From NCBI GenBank assembly GCA_051294375.1, contig CM119264.1:17795157-17859156 (forward strand): a stretch of 64,000 nt of DNA, in the 5' to 3' direction. Below the pieces are notes generated by a model that worked only from the letters and a program-made list of their open reading frames with translations, was not told where the DNA came from and made no database searches. Made by a program: the position numbers and the translations under genes. Positions 17,511-29,419 of the stretch are shown one piece after another. This stretch comes from Paraspadella gotoi. Taxonomy: Eukaryota > Animalia > Chaetognatha. Within the stretch, counting starts at the first letter, position 1. Each line of letters begins with the position of its first letter.

Positions 17511-19214
17511 TTTTTAGTCGGATCTGCTTATCAGCAGATCCCGACTCTATAATTCACTTTGTCGGTCCGTCATCTGGTACTTATGCCTTTCTATTTATGA
17601 TCAGTTAAAAAAAAAAAATTGACAAGTTTCTGTCTATGACTTAAAAAAAAATAAGGCAATGGCCTAGTATAAATGTTAGGTACCATAATGATAGTATTTA
17701 CTCGTGTTTTTCATTTGCCAAGTTTCTGTCTATGACTAAAAAAAAAAAAAGGCAAATGGCCTAGTGTAAAGGTGAGGAACCATAATGATAATATTCACTC
17801 ATGATTTTCAATTGATATACTTAATACTTTTCCAATTTGCAATGTCCGCAATGATCCTAATTGTTTGAATTTTATTTTTAGTGCTATTAGTGCAATTAGT
17901 CTTGCTCCAATACTCATTTATTGTTTTAAATGTCATATTGTTTCAAATCGTTTAATCTTCTTATTGTCTCTAATGTCAAATTGTCTCATTTTATTTCAGA
18001 AAAAAAAAATTGTCGGTCCGTCGGTCCGCCCCCTCAATATTGTCGGGCACTAACTTATATCATGTCAGAACATCGAATTATGATAAATTATTGCAAAAAA
18101 AATTGATGTCCGTCCGTCCGTCCGTCCGTCCATCCGTCCATCCGTCCGTTCCGTCCATCCGCTCCGTCCTTCCGTCCGTCCAGTCCGTCCGTCCGTCCGT
18201 CCGTCCGTCCATCCCGTCCGTCCAACCTTAGCAAAAATACCAATTACCGTGATGGATGGATGGATTTGAATAAAATTTGTGTGTGGATAGGTAAATGTGT
18301 GATTGAGCTGGATATGAAGTTTCGATGGAATCGTCCAAGTGGAAATGAGTTTAAATGGAAAAAACAAAAAAAATATATTCACTTTTTAGAACACCAATTG
18401 CTCATGAGTGGATGGCTGATTGATCTGGAATTTTGTATGTGGGTAGGAAAGTGTGTGATTGAACAGGAATCAAGTTTCGATGGAATAGTTTGAGTGGAAA
18501 TGAGTTTAAATGGAAAAAAACAAAAAAAAACTGTTTTCTCTAATTGATTATGCTTCTTTTCCTTTTATATTACATGTATATGCAGGATGTATTAATAAAT
18601 TCAAATAATTAATCAGTTAATTAATCAATTAGTAAATAAATTAATCAATAATTAATTAATTAGTCAATCAATCCGTCCATCCGTCCCACCTTAGAAAAAG
18701 CTCCAATAAACTCGTGAATTGGCTGGTTGGATTGGAATGAAATTTTGTGTTGTGTGTAGGAAAGCGGTGATAAAGCTGGATATAAAGTTTCGATGGAATC
18801 GAGTGAGTGGAAATTAGTTTAAATGGAAAAAACATAAGTCGCATTTACTAAAATCTTTTTACTTATTTTAACCAATAAATACTCTAATTAATCATAATTG
18901 GATGGATAGATTGAGTTGAAATTTTGTGTGTGGGTAGGAAAATGTTTGGCGAAGCTTGATATAAAGTTTCGGTGGAAACGTACCAGTGGAAATGAGTTTA
19001 AATAAAAAAAATATGAGTCACATTTACTTGAATCTTTTTATTTATTTTAACCCATGATAGATGAGATGAAATTTTGTGAGCCGGTAGGAAAGTGAGTGAA
19101 GAAACTAGATATAAAGTTTTGACGGAATTCAAGTTGAAAAAATGATGAAAGTTGAAAAATGATGCAAGTTAAAAAAATCTTAAAAGCATTAGGATCGTCG
19201 CAATTGCATTAAAA

Positions 19215-19252
<38 letters not shown>

Positions 19253-19546
19253 TGAAGAGAGAGAGAGAGAGTGAGAGAGAAGAGAGAGAAGGAAGAGGAG
19301 AGAGTGAGAGAGAGAGAGAGAAAGAGGAGAGTGAGAGAGAAAGAGAGAGAGAGAGAGAAGGAGACATAAAATAAAATAGAGGATATTTGTTTGTTTTGAT
19401 AAAATGTAAACAAAACATTTAATTACTGTCCTGACTCAATTTTAAGGACATCGATGATGACAAGCTGATATAAAATTATAATTAATTATTAAAACTAATT
19501 AATTAATAATAATAAACAAACCTACATGTTTGCTCAAACTTGTTTT
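17511..19546 (+). mobile_element. Helentron/DINE-like (HINE) non-autonomous element, inner copy
   Basis: Starts ttttt-agtcggatctgct-tatc-agcagatcc-cgact (hairpin). Has a (GTCC)n microsatellite at ~18107-18225 and five internal subrepeats, and ends tttgctcaaacttgtt in T-rich flanks. A hairpin head, GTCY microsatellite and CTTGTT end form the DINE-1/HINE architecture. Confidence 0.65.
18250..19135 (+). repeat. Five diverged ~110-bp subrepeats inside the HINE-like element
   Basis: Motif gatggat..tga..tgaaattttgtgtgtgggtaggaaa...ggatataaagtttcgatggaatcg...gtggaaatgagtttaaa at ~18250, 18408, 18720, 18900 and 19057. Confidence 0.8.
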
Positions 19547-20009
19547 TTTCTCAATCACAAAACAACAATCTCGAAGACCAGATTATCTAATACATTAATT
19601 AATTACAAAATAATTAATAATTAATTAGTTAATTACTAATTATAAATAATTAATTGATGCAGCTTGAATTTACATTTAATATCATTGCAGGATTAAAAAG
19701 AAAAAAGCATAATCAAATAAATAATCAATTAAAAAGAATAGTGAAATAGATTTTTTGTTTTTTCCATTTTAACCTATTCCACATCCATTCATGAGTAAAG
19801 CTTACGGGGGACAGACGGACTGACGGACAGACAGACAGACGGACATAAAATTGTTTGTATAATTTATCTTTATACGTAAAAATCCGAGTTAATTTCGTTT
19901 CCTCAAAAAATTTATGCCCTCGTTAAGAGAAAAATTGTGTTAGTTTTTATTGATAAAAATAAAGCAGAAATAGTGCAAAAAAACTGAAAATCGGGCGGGA
20001 ACTCCTGAG

Positions 20010-20520
20010 TTAAATGTCGTAATCGGCGATGTTACCAACACCAACATCCATATAAACACTTAATAGTTGTATATGATTCAGTTTTATCTCCTTCAGGCCT
20101 CGCGATGATTTAACCAAAATATAAAAAGTAGTGGAGCAGGTTTGGAATACCATTTGACCTCCCATGAGCATGATACCCTCTAACCCGAATTCCCAAGACA
20201 CCACGACCCGAGGTCAGTACATTCCATGGTGCCCTTCTATCATGGAATGCGGCATACAACGTTTTTGGATGTAACTTTTTGTTGTACACTTCGGATGTCA
20301 TTTTTCATTTTTTGCGCGCCGACTCCCCCAATTTGACCTTGATGTTAGAGTAAGTCGATGGCGGATATCCTGCAGATGACATTCACAGAATACCTGAACT
20401 TGGGAATGTCCCTCCGTCCTGCAACTGACTCTCCCTTATGGCTGGGATTACAGCGGGCAACCAACGCCCGCCAAGGTGATGAAGAGATTCTTAAAAAGGG
20501 AGTCATTTTACTGACCGGCG
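20010..20520 (-). mobile_element. Highly decayed non-LTR (RTE-like) reverse transcriptase fragment
   Basis: GC-richer island. Broken minus-strand frames give HKGE..., NVICRI...DLL*HQ and KTLYAAFHD, resembling the RT segments KGD...R....LL.HQ..EQ.G and LYAAF.D. Many disruptions. Confidence 0.3.
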
Positions 20521-23412
20521 AGAACTGATTATATATAATATAAGACAATATAAAAAAATATAATCTAATATATTGTAAATGATGAATTTATTTTATATGA
20601 ATTCAAATAAAAATATTTAACAATTATTAAAATTTAATAACTTCGAAAAAGGTTGATAAAAAATTTCTCGCTAACATTCTCGAAAATTGTAAATGAGTGT
20701 TAGTGTGAGTGAATAAGATAGCAGATTTTGAAAACCTATTTTGGTGGTTTTTTCCGAAATAAAATAGATACAATTAATATTAAAATTCATTTACATAATG
20801 AATTAGCTATCTTGACCCTGGAGGTGCTCTGACGGACGGATGGACGGACATCATTTTTATAATAATTTATCATACTTAACATAGTTTAACATAGTTCGAT
20901 GTTCTGGCTTAAGTTAATGCCCGACAAGATTTAGGGGGCGGACCGACTGACCGACAAAGTGGACTATAGAGTCGGAATCTGCTGATAAGCAGATCCAACT
21001 AAAAATTAAAAGAAAAGAAATTCAAAGAGAACAATGGGGCGTAACAAAAAGACAAAAAATTAATTAAAGGTAAAAAGATAAGAAAAACAAGTATAGAAAG
21101 TGAGATCAGAAAACGGGAAGGAAGATAGTAAGTTTTAGGTAAGAAAAAAAAATCAGTAAAGAAAGAAGAAAAATATATAAAATAATTGAATTACAGAATG
21201 AAGACAAGCACAAAACATTTTTAATGTAGGTTAAATCAACCGAAACCGCGTCTGAAAATAAACTAAAAAATAATGTCGCCTACAAATTAAGATTCTTATG
21301 ACAGTATCAGATGGCTTTAGATACCTTTCGTCTTTCAAACAATCTTCTACTTTTTCCCTAATCAGCGAACCTTGGGTTTGCTGCCACAAAAAAAAAAAAG
21401 GAAAAAACGAAAGCCACATAAAACCATGACGTTGTGCAATCGCCTTGTTGAATGTTGAAAAAAAATATTTGTTAGATTCACAGAAATTTCTAGAACTGAA
21501 TTTTAGTTTAGTGCCGGTAAAACTTGTCCCTTTTCAAACAGATAGTTATGATTAATGACGGCCTTATATAGCTTAAGAGAAAATTATCGATTCAACAAAA
21601 TGCCCGAATTTTGAAAAAAAAAGAGAGTCCATATGGCACAATATCTCAAAGAAATCATTTTTTAAACCTCGTTGCAGTCAATTTTGTTGAAGAACCTAAA
21701 AACATTTTTAAAAAATACAATCAATTGTGTTTTTTTGTTCCGATTCTGTTTTCACAAAAAAGAGGGCGTGTCCGGAAATTGATTAAAAGGCACCATCGTT
21801 GTCTTCGTGGTCGACTTCTTTCGCCGTCTGGTCTTTGGCTCCAAAAAAATCAATACGTCCTGCGGGACCAATTTAAGACCTCGGGGAAAGATCCAAAACA
21901 TTCATCGGGGGATTGCATCATTAATTGCCGCAGACACCGTGGAGAAGGTGGAGAAGCTGCTGAGTACTGAATCCTCAGAGCCAAAAAATTCTTAAAGAGT
22001 ATTTATTTCTTGAAAAAAATTAAAATAAATACTATTAGATTATTAGATTATTATTAGACTATTAGATTAGACTTCCCCTTCCCAAATTGAATTATTAGAT
22101 AAATAAAACATTTTTAAAAAAGAAAGCAATATATGTTTGATTAAATAATGTAGATTAAATACTAAATCCTTCATAAAAATATTAAAATATTAAAATAGAA
22201 AAATAGAAAATAGTGAAACAAGTAATTTGCAAATTTTTATAAAATTATGCACTATTAAATACTATTAAATTCCAACAAGTACTATAAAATATTTTTTTCG
22301 GAATTGATGCTGTTTCGCCTTAAATTTTACGTTCAGGTTCATGTTCATGTTCATTGATGCATCCAACGTAGTTGGCGCAGCTGTTTGATGGTTTTCTTCC
22401 ATAATTTTGAGATTACTGCATCGAGTATCGAGCTCAGAATCCACCAAAACATTAAACACATGATACTCATTCGCGGATATTCTAAAGTTGAAGTTGAAGC
22501 TGAAGTTGAGTCCTAAAGTCGTTTTATTTTATCGAAGAACAAAGTAATATTTAAATATATTACATCTACAATTTCTCAACTCCATAAAATTGAGTTCTCC
22601 ACCCAATATTATTGCACATTTTAGTCCCCCGCTCGTCTCCTCGTCTTTCCACTCCTCCGATCTCCACTCGCCGTATTTTCTTCCCTCCCCTCTCTTTCTC
22701 CCCACTCAACCTTGTAATCAGCCCGACATTTCAGGAAAGTGGCTTCGGTTGCACAGACGTCGTCAACACGAATGGATTTGGGATTCGGGAAATGGATGAC
22801 GGGATGAACTACTAGCTCATATTTACATCAGTCATCATGTAACAACACTCGTTCGGGGAAGCAGTTTTCAGCTGTGAGTCGAAACCAAAAATGTTACACT
22901 AAAAATGAGATGAATTCAAAAGTCGAGATCCAGGTAATGTAAAGTAAAACAGGTTTTGATGAGTAATCTCCCCTGAATTTCGGTCTTCCTGAGCCTCGAA
23001 TGGAAATCGAAAGTTCAATAGATAGCGAGAAGCCCTTCCGATATTCGGCCTCATTTCAACAATAAAGAATATTCCCGAATCGTTCCAGTTTTCATTTTTC
23101 CTTCACTCCCTTCTCTATGTATACCTATCTTCTTTCCCTTTCTTCCCACCCCTCAACTTTTTTCCTTCTTCAATTTTTTTCTTGATCCTTTTTTTCTAAG
23201 CTTTTCTTGTGGTTTCCTCCATTTCTCTTCACCCTCCAGCCCCTCCCCACCCTTTCATTTCCTCTTCCCCTTTCGACTTTATACAATCGATCGTAAAGAG
23301 AGATTTGTGGGATCCTCGGCCCTTGGTGGACTATGGATCTCATCGTCGTCGTCATCGTCGTCGTCGTCTTCACCAATGGTCAGAATTCGAGGTTGATTTT
23401 GTTTTTTTTTTT

Positions 23413-24993
23413 AAAAGCACGTCGTCAACGTCATCCTCGTTTTTTTTTTTTTTTTAAAGCACGTCGTCAACGTCATCCTCGTTTTTTTTTTTTTCTTCTA
23501 AAGTTTTTTTTTTAAAAGCACGTCGTCAACGTCATCCTCGTTTTTTTTTTTTTTAAAAGCACGTCGTCAACGTCATCCTCGTTTTTTTTTTTTTTTAAAA
23601 GCACGTCGTCACACATCATCCTCGTTTTTTTTTTTTTTTTTAAAAGCACGTCGTCAACGTCATCCTCGTTTTTTTTAAAAGCACGTTCGTCATATATTTT
23701 TTTTTTTTAAAGCACCGTCGTCAGTCATCCTCGTTTTTTTTTTTTTTTAAAAGCACGTCGTCAACGTCATCCTCGTTTTTTTTTTTTAAAGTCGTGTCAA
23801 CGTCATCCTCGTTTTTTTTTTTTTTTTAAAGCACGTCGTCAACGTCATCCTCGTTTTTTTTTTTTTAAAAGCACGTCGTCAACGTCATCCTCGTTTTTTT
23901 TTTTTTTTAAAGCACGTCGTCAACGTCATCCTCGTTTTTTTTTTTTTTTTAAAAGCACGTCGTCAACGTCACCTCTTTTTTTTTTTTTTTAAAAGCACGT
24001 CGTCAACGTCATCCTCGTTTTTTTTTTTAAAAGCACGTCGTCAACGTCATCTCGTTTTTTTTTTTTTTAAAAGCACGTCGTCAACGCATCCTCGTTGTTT
24101 TTTTTTTTTTTTAAAAGCACGTCGTCAACGTCACTCTCGTTTTTTTTTTTTTTTTAAAGCACGTCTCAACGTCATCCTCTGTTTTTTTTTTTTTAAAAGC
24201 ACGTCGTCAACGTCATCCTCGTTTTTTTTTTTTTTAAAAGCACGTCGTCAACGTCATCCTCGTTTTTTTTTTTTTTTTAAAAGCACGTCTCGCAACGTCA
24301 TCCTCGTTTTTTTTTTTTTTTAAAAGCACGTCGTCAACGTCATCCTCGTTTTTTTTTTTTTTTAAAAGCACGTCGTCAACGTCATCCTCGTTTTTTTTTT
24401 TTTTTTAAAGCACTCGTCAACGTCATCCTCTTTTTTTTTTTTTTTAAAGCACGTCGTCAACGTCATCCTCGTTTTTTTTTTTAAAAGCACGTCGTCAACG
24501 TCATCCTCGTTTTTTTTTTTTTTTTAAAAGCACGTCGTCAACGTCATCCTCGTTTTTTTTTTTAAAAGCACGTCGTCAACGTCATCCCTCTTTTTTTTTT
24601 TTTTAAAAGCACGTCGTCAACGTCATCCTCGTTTTTTTTTTTTTAAAAAGCACGTCGTCAACGTCATCCTCGTTTTTTTTTTTTTAAAGCACGTCGTCAA
24701 CGTCATCCTCGTTTTTTTTTTTTTTAAAGCACTCTGTCAACGTCATCCTCGTTTTTTTTTTTTTAAAGCACGTCGTCAACGTCATCCTCGTTTTTTTTTT
24801 TTTTAAAGCACGTCGTCAACGTCATTCCTCGTTTTTTTTTTTTTAAAAGCACGTCGTCAACGTCATCCTCGTTTTTTTTTTTTTTTAAAAGCACGTCGTC
24901 AACGTCATCCTCGTTTTTTTTTTTTTAGCACGTCGTCAACGTCATTCCTCGATTTTTTTTTTTTTTAAAAGCACGTCGTCAACGTCATCCTCG
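23413..24993. repeat. Minisatellite: ~39 copies of AAAAGCACGTCGTCAACGTCATCCTCG separated by poly(T) tracts (mean period ~41 bp)
   Basis: Read directly. The core is nearly invariant apart from scattered 1-2 nt indels. The spacers are T runs of roughly 8-19 nt. Confidence 0.97.
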
Positions 24994-26249
24994 TTTTCTT
25001 CGATGTCATGAGGATTCGGCTCGGTTCTTAATATTTCGGGTTGACGGAATTGGTCGCGGTCATCGCCATTTACAATTTCGTTGTCATCCTCGTTGCCGAC
25101 AACGTTGATGTCATCGTCAGCAATATCGTCGTCGTCGTCGTCGTCGGTGTGGGAGGCCGGGATCTTCGCCATGACGTGATGAGAAGGGTTTTCGTCGATC
25201 GTCAACAAAACGAAACGAAGCAAAACATCGAAACCGATTTCAAAAGCGAATCCAAACACAAAGCAACAACGGGGATACATCATCATCGTCGTAGTCGTCT
25301 AAGTCATCTTCTCCATCTGAGTTAATTATGTATTCGTTACAAATCATGGATCTCATAATTCATTCGAATCGGTCGATGTGAAACAACGAAAAAGACAGAA
25401 TTATTTTCCCAATGATTTTTTTAATACGATGCACTCGCTTGTTACTTTTTTTAAAAAAACGGTCCATAATTTGCTATCGTTTGGGATTGAGATCAAACTC
25501 CCATCGGATCCATAATCTCTCTTCGCCATTTCATTCGCCATTGGTTACGGCCTTAGCGAGGTCACGAGGTCACCGGGTCGCGGTTCAACGAGACCGGAGA
25601 TGACGTCCACCTCAAAATTGTCTCCCTTGCCTTTTTTTTTCTCGTCTCTTTCCGCTTCTGCTCTCGCGACATTTCGTGTTCGGTTCTTCTCGCCCTTTTT
25701 CCCCGAACGGACTCCTCTCAGCGGAGGCAACAAAAAAAAAAAGAAGTAAAAATGAAACTACGCAACAAAAAAGTGGAAAAATGAGATCAAGATGGGAAAA
25801 TGGAGAAAAAGAAATTATTTTTACTTCAAAATTTGCGTCATTTTTTTTCTTTCTTTTTTCATATTTTTTCTACAAAGTATAATATCGAATCTATTTTTTT
25901 CTCTTCGTACAGGATGAAAGGTATATGACTGAATTTTATAAACTTATGGAAAAAAGTCGTTTCAATTTTCAAGCACAACAGAATGCTAAGCTGAGTCTGA
26001 GATTTTGCCCGATTTTATAGTAAAAATTTCAAGCACGTGATGAAAATTTTAAAATCATTTTCAAAGTCAAAGTAAAAACTTTTTTTTCTTGGCAATACGA
26101 TTACGAGAGGATCAATCGTGAAGAAATCAAGTCGCGACATTGATTACTGTTTTTCCTGATCGAAATGCTTATATTTACTTTCGTTTGTTCGCTATCTCAC
26201 TGAATTCTTTAGCTTGTGGATAAGGCGCTAAGTGGGCTGAAGATGACTA

Positions 26250-26430
26250 TCCGTAACTTCTATAACCCCTTTAGTAGCCATGGAACGGGTCCTGGGCTTG
26301 GAACCAAGCTTGAGGGGTTGCCAGCCCCAAGGCGGCTTACGGCCGTCCTCAGCTTCCACAGGGAGGTACGGTTGGGATTGAACCGGTACTAGTGGTCATA
26401 GCTGATGGCTTTACTCAATGAGCCACCGGG
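26250..26430 (-). mobile_element. tRNA-derived SINE
   Basis: Minus strand ggTGGCTCATTGAGtaaagccatcagctatgaccactagtaccGGTTCAATCCCaacc contains Pol III A-box-like and B-box motifs at tRNA spacing, followed by a GC-rich body. No intact cloverleaf; the 3' boundary is approximate. Confidence 0.6.
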
Positions 26431-27191
26431 TCAGGACTGAGGGTGTCAGCTTATAGGCGGGGTGAACCTAGGCAATGCCCGACTACAAGCTCAGAAATTT
26501 TTTTCTCAGATTACTATTTTATTATCTTTTTTTTTTGTGCTCCAAGATTTTCTCTTGGGAATTTAAATCTTGAGCTCCCTCAGCAGCCCTTATATTTACG
26601 ATTTTTTTTTTGTGTTTGAAATTCCAAACCTCGCGTTGCTTTTCAACTCGATATTTCCTTGGTCGTTTATTTTGTAAACAAATGGATTTACGGCTTCGTC
26701 GGTTGATGGCTGCAACAACGGAAACTCGGCGCTACGCCAATGGCACTTTGCGATACGAGATGTTATCTTGGGAGTCGTTATTCCTACCGCAATAATTCCT
26801 CGTGTCGTCATCCGTGTAACTCGAGTTATTCATTTCGATCTTTGGCAATTCTATACAAATTCGCACAAATTTTTTCACCTTGTCCGAGAGTTGAAAAGTC
26901 AGTTTTGAATAGGATTGATTAGATCGAAGGTTCGGCCGACTACATCAAAGACAAACGACTCCCAATCTACTAGTTTTAAAATTGTACTAAATTTTGGTTC
27001 CGTAATCAACTCATTTTGGTTTTATTCTTTATTTGTTAAATCTTCAATCGTCCGTCGGTTTTTCCGTCAATGTCATCCTCTAAAAGTACGACTATCGTGC
27101 CCTCGACATCTCCAGTGACGAAAACCAAGACGAGTGTTTATCTTGCGGTTTCTCTTCGATTTCTCTTCTCCTCTATTTCACTCTTATTGGT

Positions 27192-27236
<45 letters not shown>

Positions 27237-28380
27237 ACTTCCGGTGGAGGTAACTAGTTACGGCCTCCGACTCGACAACGAATTACGTTACGACGACGCT
27301 TGGTTCTACTTTCCCTGGGCGAGGGAGAAGACGACAACGGAGAGCGCCGCCGCCGCCGCTGCTCTTTTGGTCGCGCCGTTTATATATTGCTTTCTCTTCC
27401 GCTCCTGCATCACCATAGCGACTACTGCGCGCTCGAGAACGACGGCGACGTGGACGACGACGCGACTACGACCAGGACGACGATTACGGAAAGAGAGTTC
27501 TTCCTCTCCGTCTCTCTCTCTTCCGTCTTTCGTTCGCTGGCGAGGAAGAAAACGGAGCTCCTCATGACGTGGGCAAAGACGACGACGACGACGACGATAA
27601 CGAAGACGATTGCTTCGTTTCATCCGCCACTTTTTTTTCCATTTCATTCAGTGGCCATCTTTGTTTACGTTACCGACGCTTTTTTCTCCTCAGTTTTTTT
27701 TCGCTTTTTATGACAAAAGATTTACAAGTTTTAACGAAACTGGATTTTATTGATTGTGAAACAAGCTTTCCAAATAAACCGCCGCTTGACTTAAGAAATA
27801 TTCATCTCAAGGAAACAAAATTACTTACAGAACCAAAAAAAAAAAAGAAATAAAAGAACCAATGCACGCACGATATAACCGATTTCCGCATCGAAAGAGA
27901 TAAAAATTATACCCAAGACTTCAACCAGCAATATAAAAAAAAGCAAATCTTTAAAAGCACCACGACTGCAGCTTAAAAACTTAACCCAAACCTTAATTTT
28001 TCGGAATGAAGAAAAACAAAAAGTCATCGAGAATGAGAATAAAGAACGAGAGTCGCCTTCCTAGTCCTTTGTTTTTAAAAGCGACACGTGCCGCCCTCTC
28101 TATGACGACACCGGACGACGATGCGCGCAAAATGATCTCCATCGTCGCACTTCGAATCGACGACGATAACGACGGCGCTTTTGACGCCTTCGACGCCGCC
28201 CATTTTGCCTCGTCTCCGGTCGCTCGTGCCTGCGCTGCCACCTCCCGGCTTTCGAAAGCGTCGCTATGTATTCCATCTAATCATCGCCAACCTTCAACAC
28301 GCCCCCGTGCGACCGAGCTTGGCACCGACCTTTCGCGGCCTCGCCAACGGTCGAGGAGGTCGTCACTCTGGGCGTCGACG

Positions 28381-29419
28381 ATGCTCTCGGCCTCGGTGGC
28401 GCTGTCGGCATTGCTGACGTTGTCGTTGGCTCCGAAGTTGGCGCGCGCCACGGTTGAGCATTGCTACACGTGCAATCGAACTTCCGAGAGTTGGCAGGAC
28501 GAACCTTGCGACAAAATTGGGGAGATGGAGAAAGTAAAGTGTCGTACTGGTGAGTAGAATTTATGAGACATTTTCAAACATCATACTTATCGATAGTAGA
28601 TTATTGGATATTATGACATTGTTAAAGCTTTATTATTAAACCATATCCAGGTAGATGTGTAAGATCAATTGTGCGGTCTGGGATTCGCGAGATGTCTTCC
28701 GACTTGAAATTTGAAAACCAATACATATAATTCCGATTAACTTAATAATTCTTTTTCCCTCGTATCCCGCTCATTTCTTAGGAACCTGGGCTTGCCTGAA
28801 ACTAACACGCCGAATGCCGGAGTTCAACAACCAGATCATCCGCGCTTGCCTGACCCCCAACCAGTGGCACATCCTCGACATCCCTAACAGCACCTTCAAG
28901 AAGGTCGTCAACATCCACGAGCGCCTGATGACGCAGCCGCTCTGTCGGCAGCTCATCGAGGCCCGCGTCTCCAAGCTGTCCTGGATGGAGCTGTACGAAC
29001 TGCGCGTTCAATCGCCCGACAACCCGGACATCCACATGACGCGAGCGGAGGCGGCCGCGGAGAAGCGAGCCTTGATCGCTTGGTGCGACAACATGGCCAA
29101 CATCGACATCACCGACTACGTCCTCACCTGCGAGAAGGATCTCTGCAACGCCGCCAACGCCGAATGGCGGCGCCCGTGGCGGCTCGGCGCCACGACGGCG
29201 ACGGCGCTCTTCTGCTGGTGGTGCGCGGTGGTCGTGGAGTTCGGCGGGGGGCGGGCTTCGAATGACGTGCGTGCCCGCCCACTTGGGTTCCATTCTCCCC
29301 TCCCCCCCCTCCCGTCCATCGTCTTGATATTTTTCCCGCCGCAAACCGCCTCCGCCACCGCCCTCCCACCAGCCTTTATACTGTTACAAAATCTAGCGTC
29401 GTCCACGTCGTTCACTTGA
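28381..29419 (+). CDS. Ly6/uPAR three-finger (Quiver/Sleepless-like) secreted or GPI-anchored protein; 2 coding exons
   Basis: Exon 28381-28549 carries the signal-peptide-like MLSASVALSALLTLSLAPKLARA, then HCYTC...PCD...KCRT, with donor G|GTGAGT. Exon 28782-29419 runs from GTWACLK...RACL...LCR...WCD...TCEKDLCN into a hydrophobic tail. There are ten cysteines from CYxC to CxxDLCN. In-frame upstream ATGs (28102, 28132) are also possible starts. Confidence 0.8.

Larger units (their letters stand above)
17379..21005 (-). mobile_element. Helentron/DINE-like (HINE) non-autonomous element, outer copy
   Basis: The right end tatagagtcggaatctgctgataagcagatccaactaaaaa (20965-21005) is the reverse complement of the hairpin head at 17511. 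GGAC/AGAC microsatellites lie at ~19810 and ~20830. The left end aaacaagtttgagcaaaca is the reverse complement of the ...cttgtt terminus. Pairing these two ends into one element is an inference. Confidence 0.55.

Noticed and set aside
23413-24993. CRISPR array (constant ~27-bp repeat at regular spacing)
   Set aside because: The spacers are only poly(T), not unique sequences; there are no cas genes; the context is eukaryotic with introns.
27070-27853. ORFs of 94-165 aa upstream of the Ly6-like gene
   Set aside because: Built from GAC/CT simple repeats with no domain or splice link; likely 5' UTR.
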